From a virus: a stretch of 49,722 bases of DNA. This document shows positions 35,581 through 43,542 of the stretch, in pieces. The DNA is taken from the IMG/VR virus record IMGVR_UViG_3300045747_000037, positions 1-49,722 of that record; one strand, 5' to 3'. The translations under genes were made by a program, and so were the position numbers. Every line of letters begins with the position of its first letter. Position 1 is the stretch's first letter. The notes under the pieces are model-generated. The model saw only the letters and a list, made by a program, of their open reading frames with translations, did no database searches and was not told where the DNA came from.

Positions 35581-35621
35581 AAGCCCCTTACAGTGTCATT
35601 CCTGTTTGGGGCTTCTTTTTT
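35581..35621 (+). terminator. Terminator at the end of the plus-strand arm
   Basis: AAGCCCC (35581-87) pairs with GGGGCTT (35608-14), followed by C+TTTTTT. The loop is long (20 nt). Confidence 0.5.
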
Positions 35622-35630
35622 AGGTGAGGT

Positions 35631-35642
35631 GTTACTAGTAAC
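35631..35642. repeat. GTTACTAGTAAC palindrome, copy 7 (at the convergence point of the two arms)
   Basis: Exact string. Its last base is also the first plus-strand base (35642) of the stop-codon triplet of the last minus-strand gene. Confidence 0.95.
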
Positions 35643-35848
35643 TAGGAGTCTCGTTTAGCTTGAGCATCTCCTAGGATGAAGTAAACATTCTCCAAGACAT
35701 CTTTTGCAGTGCCTTGGTCATACTTCTTGTGTTGTCGTATAGCGTTGTATGCTTCTCGTATAGCAGTCCAAGCTACATCGGAGTAGTGTGCTGAAGCAAA
35801 CTCATCCATCTCCTCAGGCATCTTGTACGACACGGTTATGGTGGTCAT
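35642..35848 (-). CDS. Hypothetical protein (68 aa)
   Basis: ATG at 35848 in ATGA overlap with the upstream micro-gene, preferred over GTG 35872. Confidence 0.55.
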   Translation of the reverse strand: MTTITVSYKMPEEMDEFASAHYSDVAWTAIREAYNAIRQHKKYDQGTAKDVLENVYFILGDAQAKRDS

Positions 35849-36012
35849 TTCTTCTCTTCTTTCATAGGACACTTCTCATCGAAATTAGGAGCTTGTTTTG
35901 TCTCTCCAGAGACAGGCTTTCCAAATGGATGTTTGAGTTTGCATCCTGCACATTCGGGATGTAGTGTCCATCCAAAAGTGACCGGGGTGTACTTGGGTAA
36001 ACACGTAGTCAT
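35845..36012 (-). CDS. Unlisted 55-aa Cys-rich protein (MTTCLPKYTPVTFGWTLHPECAGCKLKHPFGKPVSGETKQAPNFDEKCPMKEEKK)
   Basis: Translated by hand. ATGA overlaps at both ends (36009-36012 and 35845-35848). It fills a gap otherwise covered only by a conflicting-frame ORF. Confidence 0.5.
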   Translation of the reverse strand: MTTCLPKYTPVTFGWTLHPECAGCKLKHPFGKPVSGETKQAPNFDEKCPMKEEKK

Positions 36013-36347
36013 AAAGCCTCCTTGATAGTGGTGATCGCGTTGTTGGTTTCATCATTAGGTCTATGATCTTGCACAGACTTAAGCGCATCCAAAGCCACCC
36101 GCAGTGCAGCTTTCTTAGCATCTAGGCTACCCATTAAGGCAGCGTTCACGATGACAAGATTCTTGTTTGTCAGTGTGAGAAGTTCAATATCTGCCAGTGC
36201 ATTCACCAGCGTCTGGGTGTTGTCGGTGGCGATGGATAAATTTGGTTCGTTGTGAAACTCATGCTGACACTGAACACAACCAAAGCGAGTACGTCTATCA
36301 TCCTTATCAGTGGCATCACACCACGGACAACTTGTGTACTTGTTCAT
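36009..36347 (-). CDS. Zinc-ribbon protein
   Basis: CPWC...17 aa...CVQC, followed by a helical tail. Confidence 0.6.
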   Translation of the reverse strand: MNKYTSCPWCDATDKDDRRTRFGCVQCQHEFHNEPNLSIATDNTQTLVNALADIELLTLTNKNLVIVNAALMGSLDAKKAALRVALDALKSVQDHRPNDETNNAITTIKEAL

Positions 36348-36904
36348 GTCTTGCTCCTGATGGCAGCTTCAATCTTTCGAGCAAACTCAATCGCATCATG
36401 TTCATCAAGATCAGACTCCACCCATATCGCTTCAATTTCCTCATCACTTAGAGGATTAGGCACTGGCGGGTGGGTGAATAATGGAATATCTTCTGGGTTA
36501 GGTTCACCATCTTCAGTGCATGATTGATACCACCATAGATTACCTTTACCGCCTTTTGTTATCCAAGCCACAGGCTCCGCACTCGGCTTTGCCAGAGCAG
36601 CTTGCAAACTGAATCCACCATTCACCGCTGGATCAGTTGCCACAGCAACGTGCCAATCAATCAGGGTCTTTAACTTCACTTTGGCTGTCTCAAAGCTGTC
36701 GCTGAGTTCTGCAACTCCAAGGTGAGCGCAGACAAGTTCTTCATCAGCGGCAATCAGCCAACCATAAGTTGATTGCTTAGGTTCCTTCTCAAGCGCAGCT
36801 TGCAATGCGGCGATGATGTCTTCCGTACCTTCCATAGCCGCATCCTCATGGTAGGCAAAGATCAGCGCATCCAGCGCCAGTTTCATCGTTTCGATGTGTG
36901 TCAT
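36344..36904 (-). CDS. Hypothetical protein (186 aa)
   Basis: ATGA-coupled at both ends, clean frame. Confidence 0.65.
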   Translation of the reverse strand: MTHIETMKLALDALIFAYHEDAAMEGTEDIIAALQAALEKEPKQSTYGWLIAADEELVCAHLGVAELSDSFETAKVKLKTLIDWHVAVATDPAVNGGFSLQAALAKPSAEPVAWITKGGKGNLWWYQSCTEDGEPNPEDIPLFTHPPVPNPLSDEEIEAIWVESDLDEHDAIEFARKIEAAIRSKT

Positions 36905-37098
36905 GGTGTCTCCCTATCTGATCTGCGTTTTAACTCATTCACTGCGCCGCGTAGGAACCCCTCTTGTTCATCATCCAATGCGTCTTTGTGAAGCGCTGCT
37001 GCTTCTACAACAACATCAATTGGTGTGTCTCTCCATACGAACCAGCGGCCATTCAAGTGTTTCCAGTAGGCTTTGATTACCTCGATGTAAAACTTCAT
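36901..37098 (-). CDS. Hypothetical protein
   Basis: ATGA-coupled chain member. Confidence 0.55.
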   Translation of the reverse strand: MKFYIEVIKAYWKHLNGRWFVWRDTPIDVVVEAAALHKDALDDEQEGFLRGAVNELKRRSDRETP

Positions 37099-37292
37099 TC
37101 TGTTTTCTCCTTGAGCATGGCCTGCATAGCCAGAATTGGAGCATGATTATTCCGATATGCTTCTATACAAGCCTCAACCGTCGCAGCTTGGAAGGCAAGC
37201 ATCTGAGCTTCGGTGTAGTACCTAATAGGACGCAACTCAGGGAAATCGTTGTTTACGAAGTCTGGTTCAGGCAACTTGGGTAGCGTTGTCAT
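37095..37292 (-). CDS. Hypothetical protein
   Basis: ATGA-coupled chain member. Confidence 0.55.
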   Translation of the reverse strand: MTTLPKLPEPDFVNNDFPELRPIRYYTEAQMLAFQAATVEACIEAYRNNHAPILAMQAMLKEKTE

Positions 37293-37480
37293 GGGTTCTC
37301 CATCATCTTGAGTACTGTTACGCCCAGAGGCAGCTTGACTGACTTCTTGGGCAGGGGTTTACCGGGCTTTGGGCCGGGCTTCTTCTTTACCTTGGGTGTC
37401 ACCACCTTGGGCTTTTTCTTGGCAACATAAGCCTTATAGCGGCGGTCCCACTCACTCTGAGGCTCAGTGTGGTGGATCAT
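37289..37480 (-). CDS. Lys/Pro-rich basic protein
   Basis: KKKPKVVTPKVKKKPGPKPGKPLPKK. ATG 37480 is in ATGA overlap with the upstream gene. Confidence 0.5.
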   Translation of the reverse strand: MIHHTEPQSEWDRRYKAYVAKKKPKVVTPKVKKKPGPKPGKPLPKKSVKLPLGVTVLKMMENP

Positions 37481-37626
37481 TTGAAGTACCACCAGAGAAT
37501 GCCGCAGCTAACAAATATCGCAAGCAGCACACCTACCACGACATAGCGGATAAGGTCGGTGTCCTCGATGCGGTAGTCTTCAGCAGGTTTTGGCTTACGT
37601 AGTGTTCCTTTGGTTCCGTAGATCAT
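37477..37626 (-). CDS. Small membrane protein (49 aa, C-terminal TM)
   Basis: VVVGVLLAIFVSCGILWWYF. ATG 37626 is 1 nt after the stop of the upstream gene. Confidence 0.45.
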   Translation of the reverse strand: MIYGTKGTLRKPKPAEDYRIEDTDLIRYVVVGVLLAIFVSCGILWWYFK

Positions 37627-37627
37627 G

Positions 37628-37978
37628 TTATAACCCTCTTGATTGGATGTGCTTATTTCCATTGTTACGTTGGTACGTGGTAGTGGGTGTGTAGTGCCCA
37701 ATCATCTTGTTGATCTGTTGTGGCTTAACAATCTCTCCTACCAAGGAACGGTACCTGATGATTCTGCCTGCTAGTGCAGTACCATCTACCAAAAGGTAGT
37801 AGCAAAGATAGTTCTTGTTAGGCACTGCCTTGCTCTCCACCAGACCATCTGTAATAAGCTCTTGTATGGCTCTCCTAAACACTCCGGGAGCAATCTGTAG
37901 CTTCTCAATGATGGGGAGATAGGGGGACTCTCTTTCGTTAAAGAGGTAAACGAGGATGTCTTGTTCGTAGGTTGTCAT
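37628..37978 (-). CDS. Winged-helix (MarR-like) DNA-binding protein
   Basis: IIEKLQIAPGVFRRAIQELITDGLVES is an HTH plus wing pattern. Confidence 0.55.
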   Translation of the reverse strand: MTTYEQDILVYLFNERESPYLPIIEKLQIAPGVFRRAIQELITDGLVESKAVPNKNYLCYYLLVDGTALAGRIIRYRSLVGEIVKPQQINKMIGHYTPTTTYQRNNGNKHIQSRGL

Positions 37979-38376
37979 TTGATGTGGTCCTTAATGAATT
38001 TAGTCCAAGTGTCTACGTCAGAGAAGGTACATACAGGTAATCCCTGCTTAGTTGCCCAATCAATGTAAGTCGTAGAACTCTTCTTAGAGAGCTTCTGGTT
38101 CCTATACAAAACGTAGAGGATGGTTATCTCTGGATGTTGTTCCTTGATAAGACATGCCTTCTGTCTGTCTACGGATGTCCATAATCCTTTGGTCTCGATG
38201 TAAACGTTATTAGTAACAGTGAAGTCGGGTGTGTACGTGTGTCCCTTGGCAGGAATAACGAACTTTATCCGATCCTGTTCGTAAGGTAGCTTCCAACCTC
38301 TTGCTTCACAAGCTAGTTGGAACCTCTGTTCAAGCCCACTTTTGTAAGCTGCTTCTAGGTGTCGTTTAGGCTTCAT
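37975..38376 (-). CDS. Holliday-junction resolvase, T7 endonuclease I (gp3) homologue
   Basis: GHTYTPDFTVTNNVYIETKGLW...LIKEQHPEITILYV matches T7 gp3 HTYTPDFLLPNGIFVETKGLW...LIREQHPELDIRIV. Confidence 0.85.
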   Translation of the reverse strand: MKPKRHLEAAYKSGLEQRFQLACEARGWKLPYEQDRIKFVIPAKGHTYTPDFTVTNNVYIETKGLWTSVDRQKACLIKEQHPEITILYVLYRNQKLSKKSSTTYIDWATKQGLPVCTFSDVDTWTKFIKDHIK

Positions 38377-38542
38377 GCTGTTGTTGTCCCTTCCCCGAAC
38401 GCTTCCCGTGGGGGAAGGTTCGTGGGTGCTGCTCCCGTGGGGCTGTTGTTGCTGTTCCCCTCTCGGCAACCTTCGGTAGCCTCGCGGGTTGTTGCTTTGT
38501 GTTTTACGTAGTATGCTGCTCCCATAGAGCCTAGTTTTAGCT
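38377..38542 (-). promoter_or_regulatory. GC-rich structured intergenic leader
   Basis: CCTTCCCC (38389-96) pairs with GGGGAAGG (38411-18). TCCCGTGGGG occurs as a direct repeat at 38404 and 38433. CAACC (38467-71) pairs with GGTTG (38487-91). Confidence 0.45.
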
Positions 38543-39214
38543 TCATACTAATTCCTTTGTAGGTACTTCCCAGATGTCATTTGGTTTCTGCCAGATCCAA
38601 AGCAACTTCAAGTTGAGATGGAATCTCTCGTCATCGTTGTAGATCTCACGACAGGCTTGGTAGTACTCTTCAGGTAGCAATGGATCTAGGATCTTTGCAG
38701 CCTTTACTGGGCCAATGCCAGCTATGCCTGTGATGTTGTCACTACGATCTCCAACAAGAGTCTGCATGAACAAGGCTTTGAGACCCTGATCGTATGTGAC
38801 CTCTTGAAACTCCTTCTTGACGAAGTTGTAATGCTTTCCGGGGATCATCAACAGGTCTTTGTCAATCGAGCAGATGACAGTGGACTTACCACTCTTGTCT
38901 TGGTCAATTCCCATTTGATCATCAGCTTCAAAGCCATCACAGATGATTGCCTTGTGCTGTGTTACTAGGAACTCTCGTACTGCTTGCCAATGTGCAGGTC
39001 TCTCATCAGGTCTGTTAGCCTTGTAGGTAGGTGTCAACTCTCTACGAAAGTTACCAGAGCCAGTGAGAAAGACCTTGTAGCTGTCTGCATGGGTGTCTTC
39101 CAAGATGTCTTGGATTGTCTTATCAGCCCTAGTCAAGGCTACCCATACTTCGTCTTTCTCTGCACTGCAAGCACATCGGTAGTTAACGATGTCTCCGTCA
39201 ATCAACGCTATCAT
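38543..39214 (-). CDS. 5'-3' exonuclease / flap endonuclease (PIN + H3TH)
   Basis: LIDGDIVNYR, FEADDQMG, SIDKDLLM and GDRSDNITGIAGIGPVKAAKIL. Confidence 0.85.
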   Translation of the reverse strand: MIALIDGDIVNYRCACSAEKDEVWVALTRADKTIQDILEDTHADSYKVFLTGSGNFRRELTPTYKANRPDERPAHWQAVREFLVTQHKAIICDGFEADDQMGIDQDKSGKSTVICSIDKDLLMIPGKHYNFVKKEFQEVTYDQGLKALFMQTLVGDRSDNITGIAGIGPVKAAKILDPLLPEEYYQACREIYNDDERFHLNLKLLWIWQKPNDIWEVPTKELV

Positions 39215-39398
39215 TCTTCTCTCCTGTTGTTGATCTGCTTCGATCTCTTCCCCATCCGAATCTCAAGATATTCTTGGGTGGGTGTAGCCTAGTGACCCTA
39301 TCAATATCCATTGCTTGTTTGGCTGTCAATCCTTCCCAGAAGATGTCTTTACCATCCTCAGTAGTGATATAAAACGCCATGTTTCTATCTGCTGGCAT
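39198..39398 (-). CDS. Hypothetical protein (66 aa)
   Basis: SD AAGGAG lies 7 nt upstream of ATG 39398. Confidence 0.45.
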   Translation of the reverse strand: MPADRNMAFYITTEDGKDIFWEGLTAKQAMDIDRVTRLHPPKNILRFGWGRDRSRSTTGEKNDSVD

Positions 39399-39486
39399 AT
39401 GCACTCTCCTTGTTAAGTGGCAGTCCAATAGGGCCAAGGATTGCTCCTTGACCCTTCTAACAAGTTCTACTGTGTTTTGTGTAGAA

Positions 39487-39738
39487 CTACTTAGAGTAGT
39501 ACATCTTCAAGAGGTTAGCCAAGCTGACCATCGGAAGCTCTTTCTTCCAGAAGGTCAAGAAAGCACCTAACTTGTCAACATCCGACTCCTTGACTACTAC
39601 GTTACTAGTAACAACCTTGGGAACCAAGACAACCTTGGGTTTGTTTGGGGTACCCTTTGGGCGACCTATTTTCTTCTTGGGTACGATAGAGACATCCACT
39701 GCTGCTAATGGGTTGATTTGTTTAGCTTCCATTTTCAT
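39487..39738 (-). CDS. AT-hook-containing small DNA-binding protein
   Basis: KKKIGRPKGTPNKPK is a GRP AT-hook core. The gene itself carries palindrome copy 8. Confidence 0.55.
   Translation of the reverse strand: MKMEAKQINPLAAVDVSIVPKKKIGRPKGTPNKPKVVLVPKVVTSNVVVKESDVDKLGAFLTFWKKELPMVSLANLLKMYYSK
39601..39612. repeat. GTTACTAGTAAC palindrome, copy 8 (in a minus-strand gene, still read V-T-S-N)
   Basis: Exact string, in frame on the minus strand (VVTSNVVV). Confidence 0.95.
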
Positions 39739-40289
39739 TTTCCTTCGTTGATAAGTTCTGCCATGTGAGCGTCTTGCTCTGCTGTCTCTTCCTTCAAGGC
39801 TTCTGCCATGTCCAAGTCCCCTGCTGTATAAGCTTCAAACTTACGAGCAAACGAGATAACAAGATCAAGAGCCATCCCATCCAAGTCAAAGGCTTTGGCT
39901 CCTCTAGCAGCAATGAAGAGATCAGTTGCACGAGCTAAAGCGTTCTGACGAACGATAGAACGATCACCATGAAGAGGTGGGATAGGGAACACCTTGGCGT
40001 TGTAGCTAGAATAGCTCTTTGCAGGAGCAGCCGCAGGCGTAGGAGTCGATACAACAGTAGTGCTAGGGGGTGGGGTGCGGGAGATGATATTAACGCTCTT
40101 AGTCTCCATCCCGTAGGTTGTAGAGGTAGCGTCAAAGTCAACGGTAAAGCCTACGTCAACATTCGGGTTCTTGAAACCAGCTTTGATCCAAGTCCCATTG
40201 ACCTTGAAGCTGTACGTGGGCTTAACACCAAACTTGGTGGTAACGTCTTTGGTAGATACGGCTTCTACCACTCCATTCATCATTGCCAT
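39735..40289 (-). CDS. Putative ssDNA-binding protein
   Basis: Beta-rich OB-like N-terminus, Pro/Thr/Ala linker and acidic C-terminal tail. Lies between the DNA polymerase and nuclease genes. Inferred from architecture and synteny. Confidence 0.45.
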   Translation of the reverse strand: MAMMNGVVEAVSTKDVTTKFGVKPTYSFKVNGTWIKAGFKNPNVDVGFTVDFDATSTTYGMETKSVNIISRTPPPSTTVVSTPTPAAAPAKSYSSYNAKVFPIPPLHGDRSIVRQNALARATDLFIAARGAKAFDLDGMALDLVISFARKFEAYTAGDLDMAEALKEETAEQDAHMAELINEGK

Positions 40290-42241
40290 TATTTAACTTC
40301 TTCCATTGAAAACCAATTGATCCCGTAAGAGACACTTGCATTGAGCTTCAGTGCTAACGGGTGCTTGAATGTTTCCTTAAAGTACTTGTCTGTGTCTTGA
40401 AATACCTCCTGTACGTCCATAATAAACTCTACTACCGCCTCTTTCGTTACGTCAAACATCACGCTATCGTGAATCGTATTGACCAACAAAATCCCTTCTT
40501 TGTTCAAGAACTTCCTGAACAACACACCCAACATCATCGGAACTATGTCCCCTGTGGCTAATGATTGAACTGGGTAGTTCTTTAGCTCTGTTGGTGAGAA
40601 GTTGTACATCTTGGGAGACCAAGTACTATCATTAAAATACTCAGTAAATACAAACCTCCGACCAGTCTCAGCAGTATAAACACAAGTTCTAAACTTTTCC
40701 AATAATCCTTTACTATCGACAAGGTGTTTTGCATCTTTATCTACTATCGCAGCAAACATCCTATGCCAGTCAGCAACTTGTGGGTAGCGTTTATAGAACA
40801 CATCCACAAACTTCTTTGCTTCATCAAAGGAACACTTAGCTGATTTGGCTATTGCCTTAGCTCCTGCTCCATAAATCAGTTGAAAGCTTCTAGCCTTGAA
40901 AGGCTTACGCTCTTCTTTGGTAGGCATCCTTCCAAACATATCCTTGTAGAGCATACTGTGAATGTCACCACCATTAACGATGTCAGTGATCAGTTGCGTG
41001 TCTCTAGTAACATGGGCAAGAGCAACAACCTCTAGCTGTGAGAAGTCAACTTCAACGATGTAGCCACCTTCATACCTTGATGTGAAGATCTGTTTGATTG
41101 GGTTGTTGGAGATGTTCTGTAGGTTAGGGGAGGTTGAGCTAAGTCTTCCTGTGACTGTTGCTGTGTGGTTCAACTTACCGTAGATGTGGTCATTCATCAC
41201 ATGCTTGGACAGCCCTTGTACATAGGTTGATAGCTGCTTTGATAGCTCTCTGTACTTCAACAAGTGTTGGATCAGAACCTTGGCCCTAGGATTGAAGATG
41301 TGATCCATCATGTCAGTCAAGACATCATCATCAACAGAGATCTGACCAGTCTTGTCACTCACCTTGTCTGGATCAGGTGTGTAGTCAACCATAGGCGAGA
41401 TCGTAATGATCTCTTCTGTCAACTTGGTCTTGACCTTACCGTTCTTGTACATCCCAACTGGCTTCTTAACCATCGTCTTCTTCTTACCACCAAAGAAGCA
41501 TTGGGACCACTGCTTAGGGCTGTTGATGTCTTCAACCAAACCTGCTGCATGTTCTTCCAAGTCAAGCTTGACCTTCACATACTCGTTGACCACTTCAACT
41601 GTGTAAGAGTCGAGAGCAGCCTTGTCAATGTGAAGACCGTTGTACATCATCTCAGCAGTGGCTTGTAGAGCTTCCATCTGGGATAGGATTAAAGGTAGCT
41701 GGTCCTGCTCAACTGCTTTGTTCCATTGCTTGTAGGCTATGGCGTAAGTATTTTCAACATCTTGTTTGAGGTAAGGGACTATTTCATCAAGAGGAATCTT
41801 GTCACTGCCAATACCTGCTGTGAAGTAGGTTTTTAGCTTATCGTCTTTGAGTGGTAGTCCGTACTTGATAGACAACTCATCTAAGCTAGAGAACTTGCTA
41901 CGTTGTCCTGTAAGGATGTACTCTGCTAGTTGGGTATCCCAGATCTTTGAAGCTTGGAGAACATCCTTCATGCTTGGCTTGGTTTTATACAAGTACAACA
42001 GATCAAAAGAGAAGTTATGTCCACAGTAGGTTGCATAAGGGGAGTACCCTTTCAAAGCTACTTCAAACATGTCTGGGTCATCACAATAAGCGTGGCCTTT
42101 GCCAGTACTGTCTGTAATGCCGAAGTGAACTACCCTGTTATCAGGGTGCATAGGGTGAGCTAATCCAACATCTTCATTGCCATTGAGCGTAGTCTCTACG
42201 TCAACAGCTATGAACTGCGGTCTGGTTGTGGAAACAGTCAT
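40289..42241 (-). CDS. Family A DNA polymerase with 3'-5' exonuclease domain
   Basis: Exo I IAVDVETT, Exo II GHNFSFDLLYL, Exo III YLKQDVENTY. Motif A VEVDFSQLEVV, motif B RKPFKARSFQLIYG, motif C NTIHDSVMF. Confidence 0.92.
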   Translation of the reverse strand: MTVSTTRPQFIAVDVETTLNGNEDVGLAHPMHPDNRVVHFGITDSTGKGHAYCDDPDMFEVALKGYSPYATYCGHNFSFDLLYLYKTKPSMKDVLQASKIWDTQLAEYILTGQRSKFSSLDELSIKYGLPLKDDKLKTYFTAGIGSDKIPLDEIVPYLKQDVENTYAIAYKQWNKAVEQDQLPLILSQMEALQATAEMMYNGLHIDKAALDSYTVEVVNEYVKVKLDLEEHAAGLVEDINSPKQWSQCFFGGKKKTMVKKPVGMYKNGKVKTKLTEEIITISPMVDYTPDPDKVSDKTGQISVDDDVLTDMMDHIFNPRAKVLIQHLLKYRELSKQLSTYVQGLSKHVMNDHIYGKLNHTATVTGRLSSTSPNLQNISNNPIKQIFTSRYEGGYIVEVDFSQLEVVALAHVTRDTQLITDIVNGGDIHSMLYKDMFGRMPTKEERKPFKARSFQLIYGAGAKAIAKSAKCSFDEAKKFVDVFYKRYPQVADWHRMFAAIVDKDAKHLVDSKGLLEKFRTCVYTAETGRRFVFTEYFNDSTWSPKMYNFSPTELKNYPVQSLATGDIVPMMLGVLFRKFLNKEGILLVNTIHDSVMFDVTKEAVVEFIMDVQEVFQDTDKYFKETFKHPLALKLNASVSYGINWFSMEEVK

Positions 42242-42270
42242 GGTTTTCTGTTTGCCTTTCTATTGGTTGG

Positions 42271-43533
42271 TTATTCGTAACGGGCGACAGTAGGAACTAT
42301 CGTCACCATATATTGTCCGTGTCGTTCTGCTTCTTCTTGCTTTGGACCTCCTCCGGGTAGTTTGTTCTTAGGAACATTGATCGTCCGAATCATCTCTTCT
42401 TCGGGACTTTTGGGTTCTTTGTACTTGCCAATGGTTATCACTGCATCTGCTTCACCGGGCTTGTCAGTCTTGGAACCACGTAATGCTTCCATACCAATGA
42501 ACGGTGGGTCTTTCATCTCCACTGCTGATGCTGAGAGTTGAGAAGCTGCTATCACTGGTCCGTATGTACGAGCAAGCTCTCTAGCCCACTTGTACAACTT
42601 ACCTAGCATCTGGTCTTCTCTCTCATCACCTCTGAAGCCATCAACCTTATCCAACTGGTCAAAGACAATCATGCCGGGATTAACTTCCTTGAATAGAACC
42701 TCCAAGTCACGGATGTTATTAGTATCTTTTGTGACCCTTATCTTGTTCTTGTCTCCACCCATTAGGGCTGTGTATCTAGCCATAGCACTTGGAGTATCAG
42801 CAATAATGTCCTTGCTCTGTTCACCAAGAGCAGCTTGGACTATACGGAAGAACACTACAGCAGATTCCTCTTCGTTATTAACCCAAACCACTGGTCTGTT
42901 CTTGGGTAACTGCTGGGCTATATAGCTAATCTCACTAGCCAAGAAGGTAGTTTTACCTACCTCTACTCTAGCTGCCACGATAATGAAGTTACTAGTACGT
43001 AGAGGGCCAAGGGAACGGTTAAGGACATCCAAGCGCCACTCATACCCCGTGCTAGAAATTCGACTAGCAATCTCAGTGAGATCTGCATTGACAAATAACT
43101 CATCTTTTTCAATGTACCTTTCAACATCCTTCAAAGCATTAGTAGCTAGTAAATGAACATCCTCCAAGTCACTGCTACCTTCCTTAACTCTTTCACACTC
43201 TTCCATAATCTTAGCTAGATAATCTAACTCAATGAGAGTCTTGATTACCTCTTCATGTGCTAAATGAGGTATAAAGCTTTGAGCTTTGGTAAGAGTAATA
43301 CGCAGCTTAACCAAAGACTCTTCTGCCAATCTCTTGCTTTGATCAGCAATAAGGTATGCAGAGAATGGTTCCCAATAGAATCCCTTAACACTGGGGAATA
43401 CCTTGTAGTACTTCTCCATACCATCAAGGATTATCATTGTCTCTTTGGTTACTACATGAGGCTTGATATACCTCTTGTATCTTGTTAGATTCTCTTTGCT
43501 TTGACTGCAAAGGTGTAATACTGAATAGTCCAT
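42271..43533 (-). CDS. DnaB-like replicative helicase
   Basis: Walker A AARVEVGKTTF, Walker B MIVFDQLDKV, and an arginine-finger region ALRGSKTDK. Confidence 0.85.
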   Translation of the reverse strand: MDYSVLHLCSQSKENLTRYKRYIKPHVVTKETMIILDGMEKYYKVFPSVKGFYWEPFSAYLIADQSKRLAEESLVKLRITLTKAQSFIPHLAHEEVIKTLIELDYLAKIMEECERVKEGSSDLEDVHLLATNALKDVERYIEKDELFVNADLTEIASRISSTGYEWRLDVLNRSLGPLRTSNFIIVAARVEVGKTTFLASEISYIAQQLPKNRPVVWVNNEEESAVVFFRIVQAALGEQSKDIIADTPSAMARYTALMGGDKNKIRVTKDTNNIRDLEVLFKEVNPGMIVFDQLDKVDGFRGDEREDQMLGKLYKWARELARTYGPVIAASQLSASAVEMKDPPFIGMEALRGSKTDKPGEADAVITIGKYKEPKSPEEEMIRTINVPKNKLPGGGPKQEEAERHGQYMVTIVPTVARYE

Positions 43534-43542
43534 CTGTTACCC

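Noticed and set aside
35885-36121. A 78-aa minus-strand track ORF
   Set aside because: It overlaps the 3' end of gene 36009-36347 in another frame and has no coupled start. The hand-translated 35845-36012 ORF in a different frame fits the ATGA chain at both ends.
38377-38469. A TTG-initiated N-terminal extension of the endonuclease I homologue
   Set aside because: The extension is low-complexity (QQQQPHGSSTHEPSP), has no counterpart in T7 gp3 and covers a hairpin-rich GC segment. ATG 38376 gives a protein collinear with gp3.
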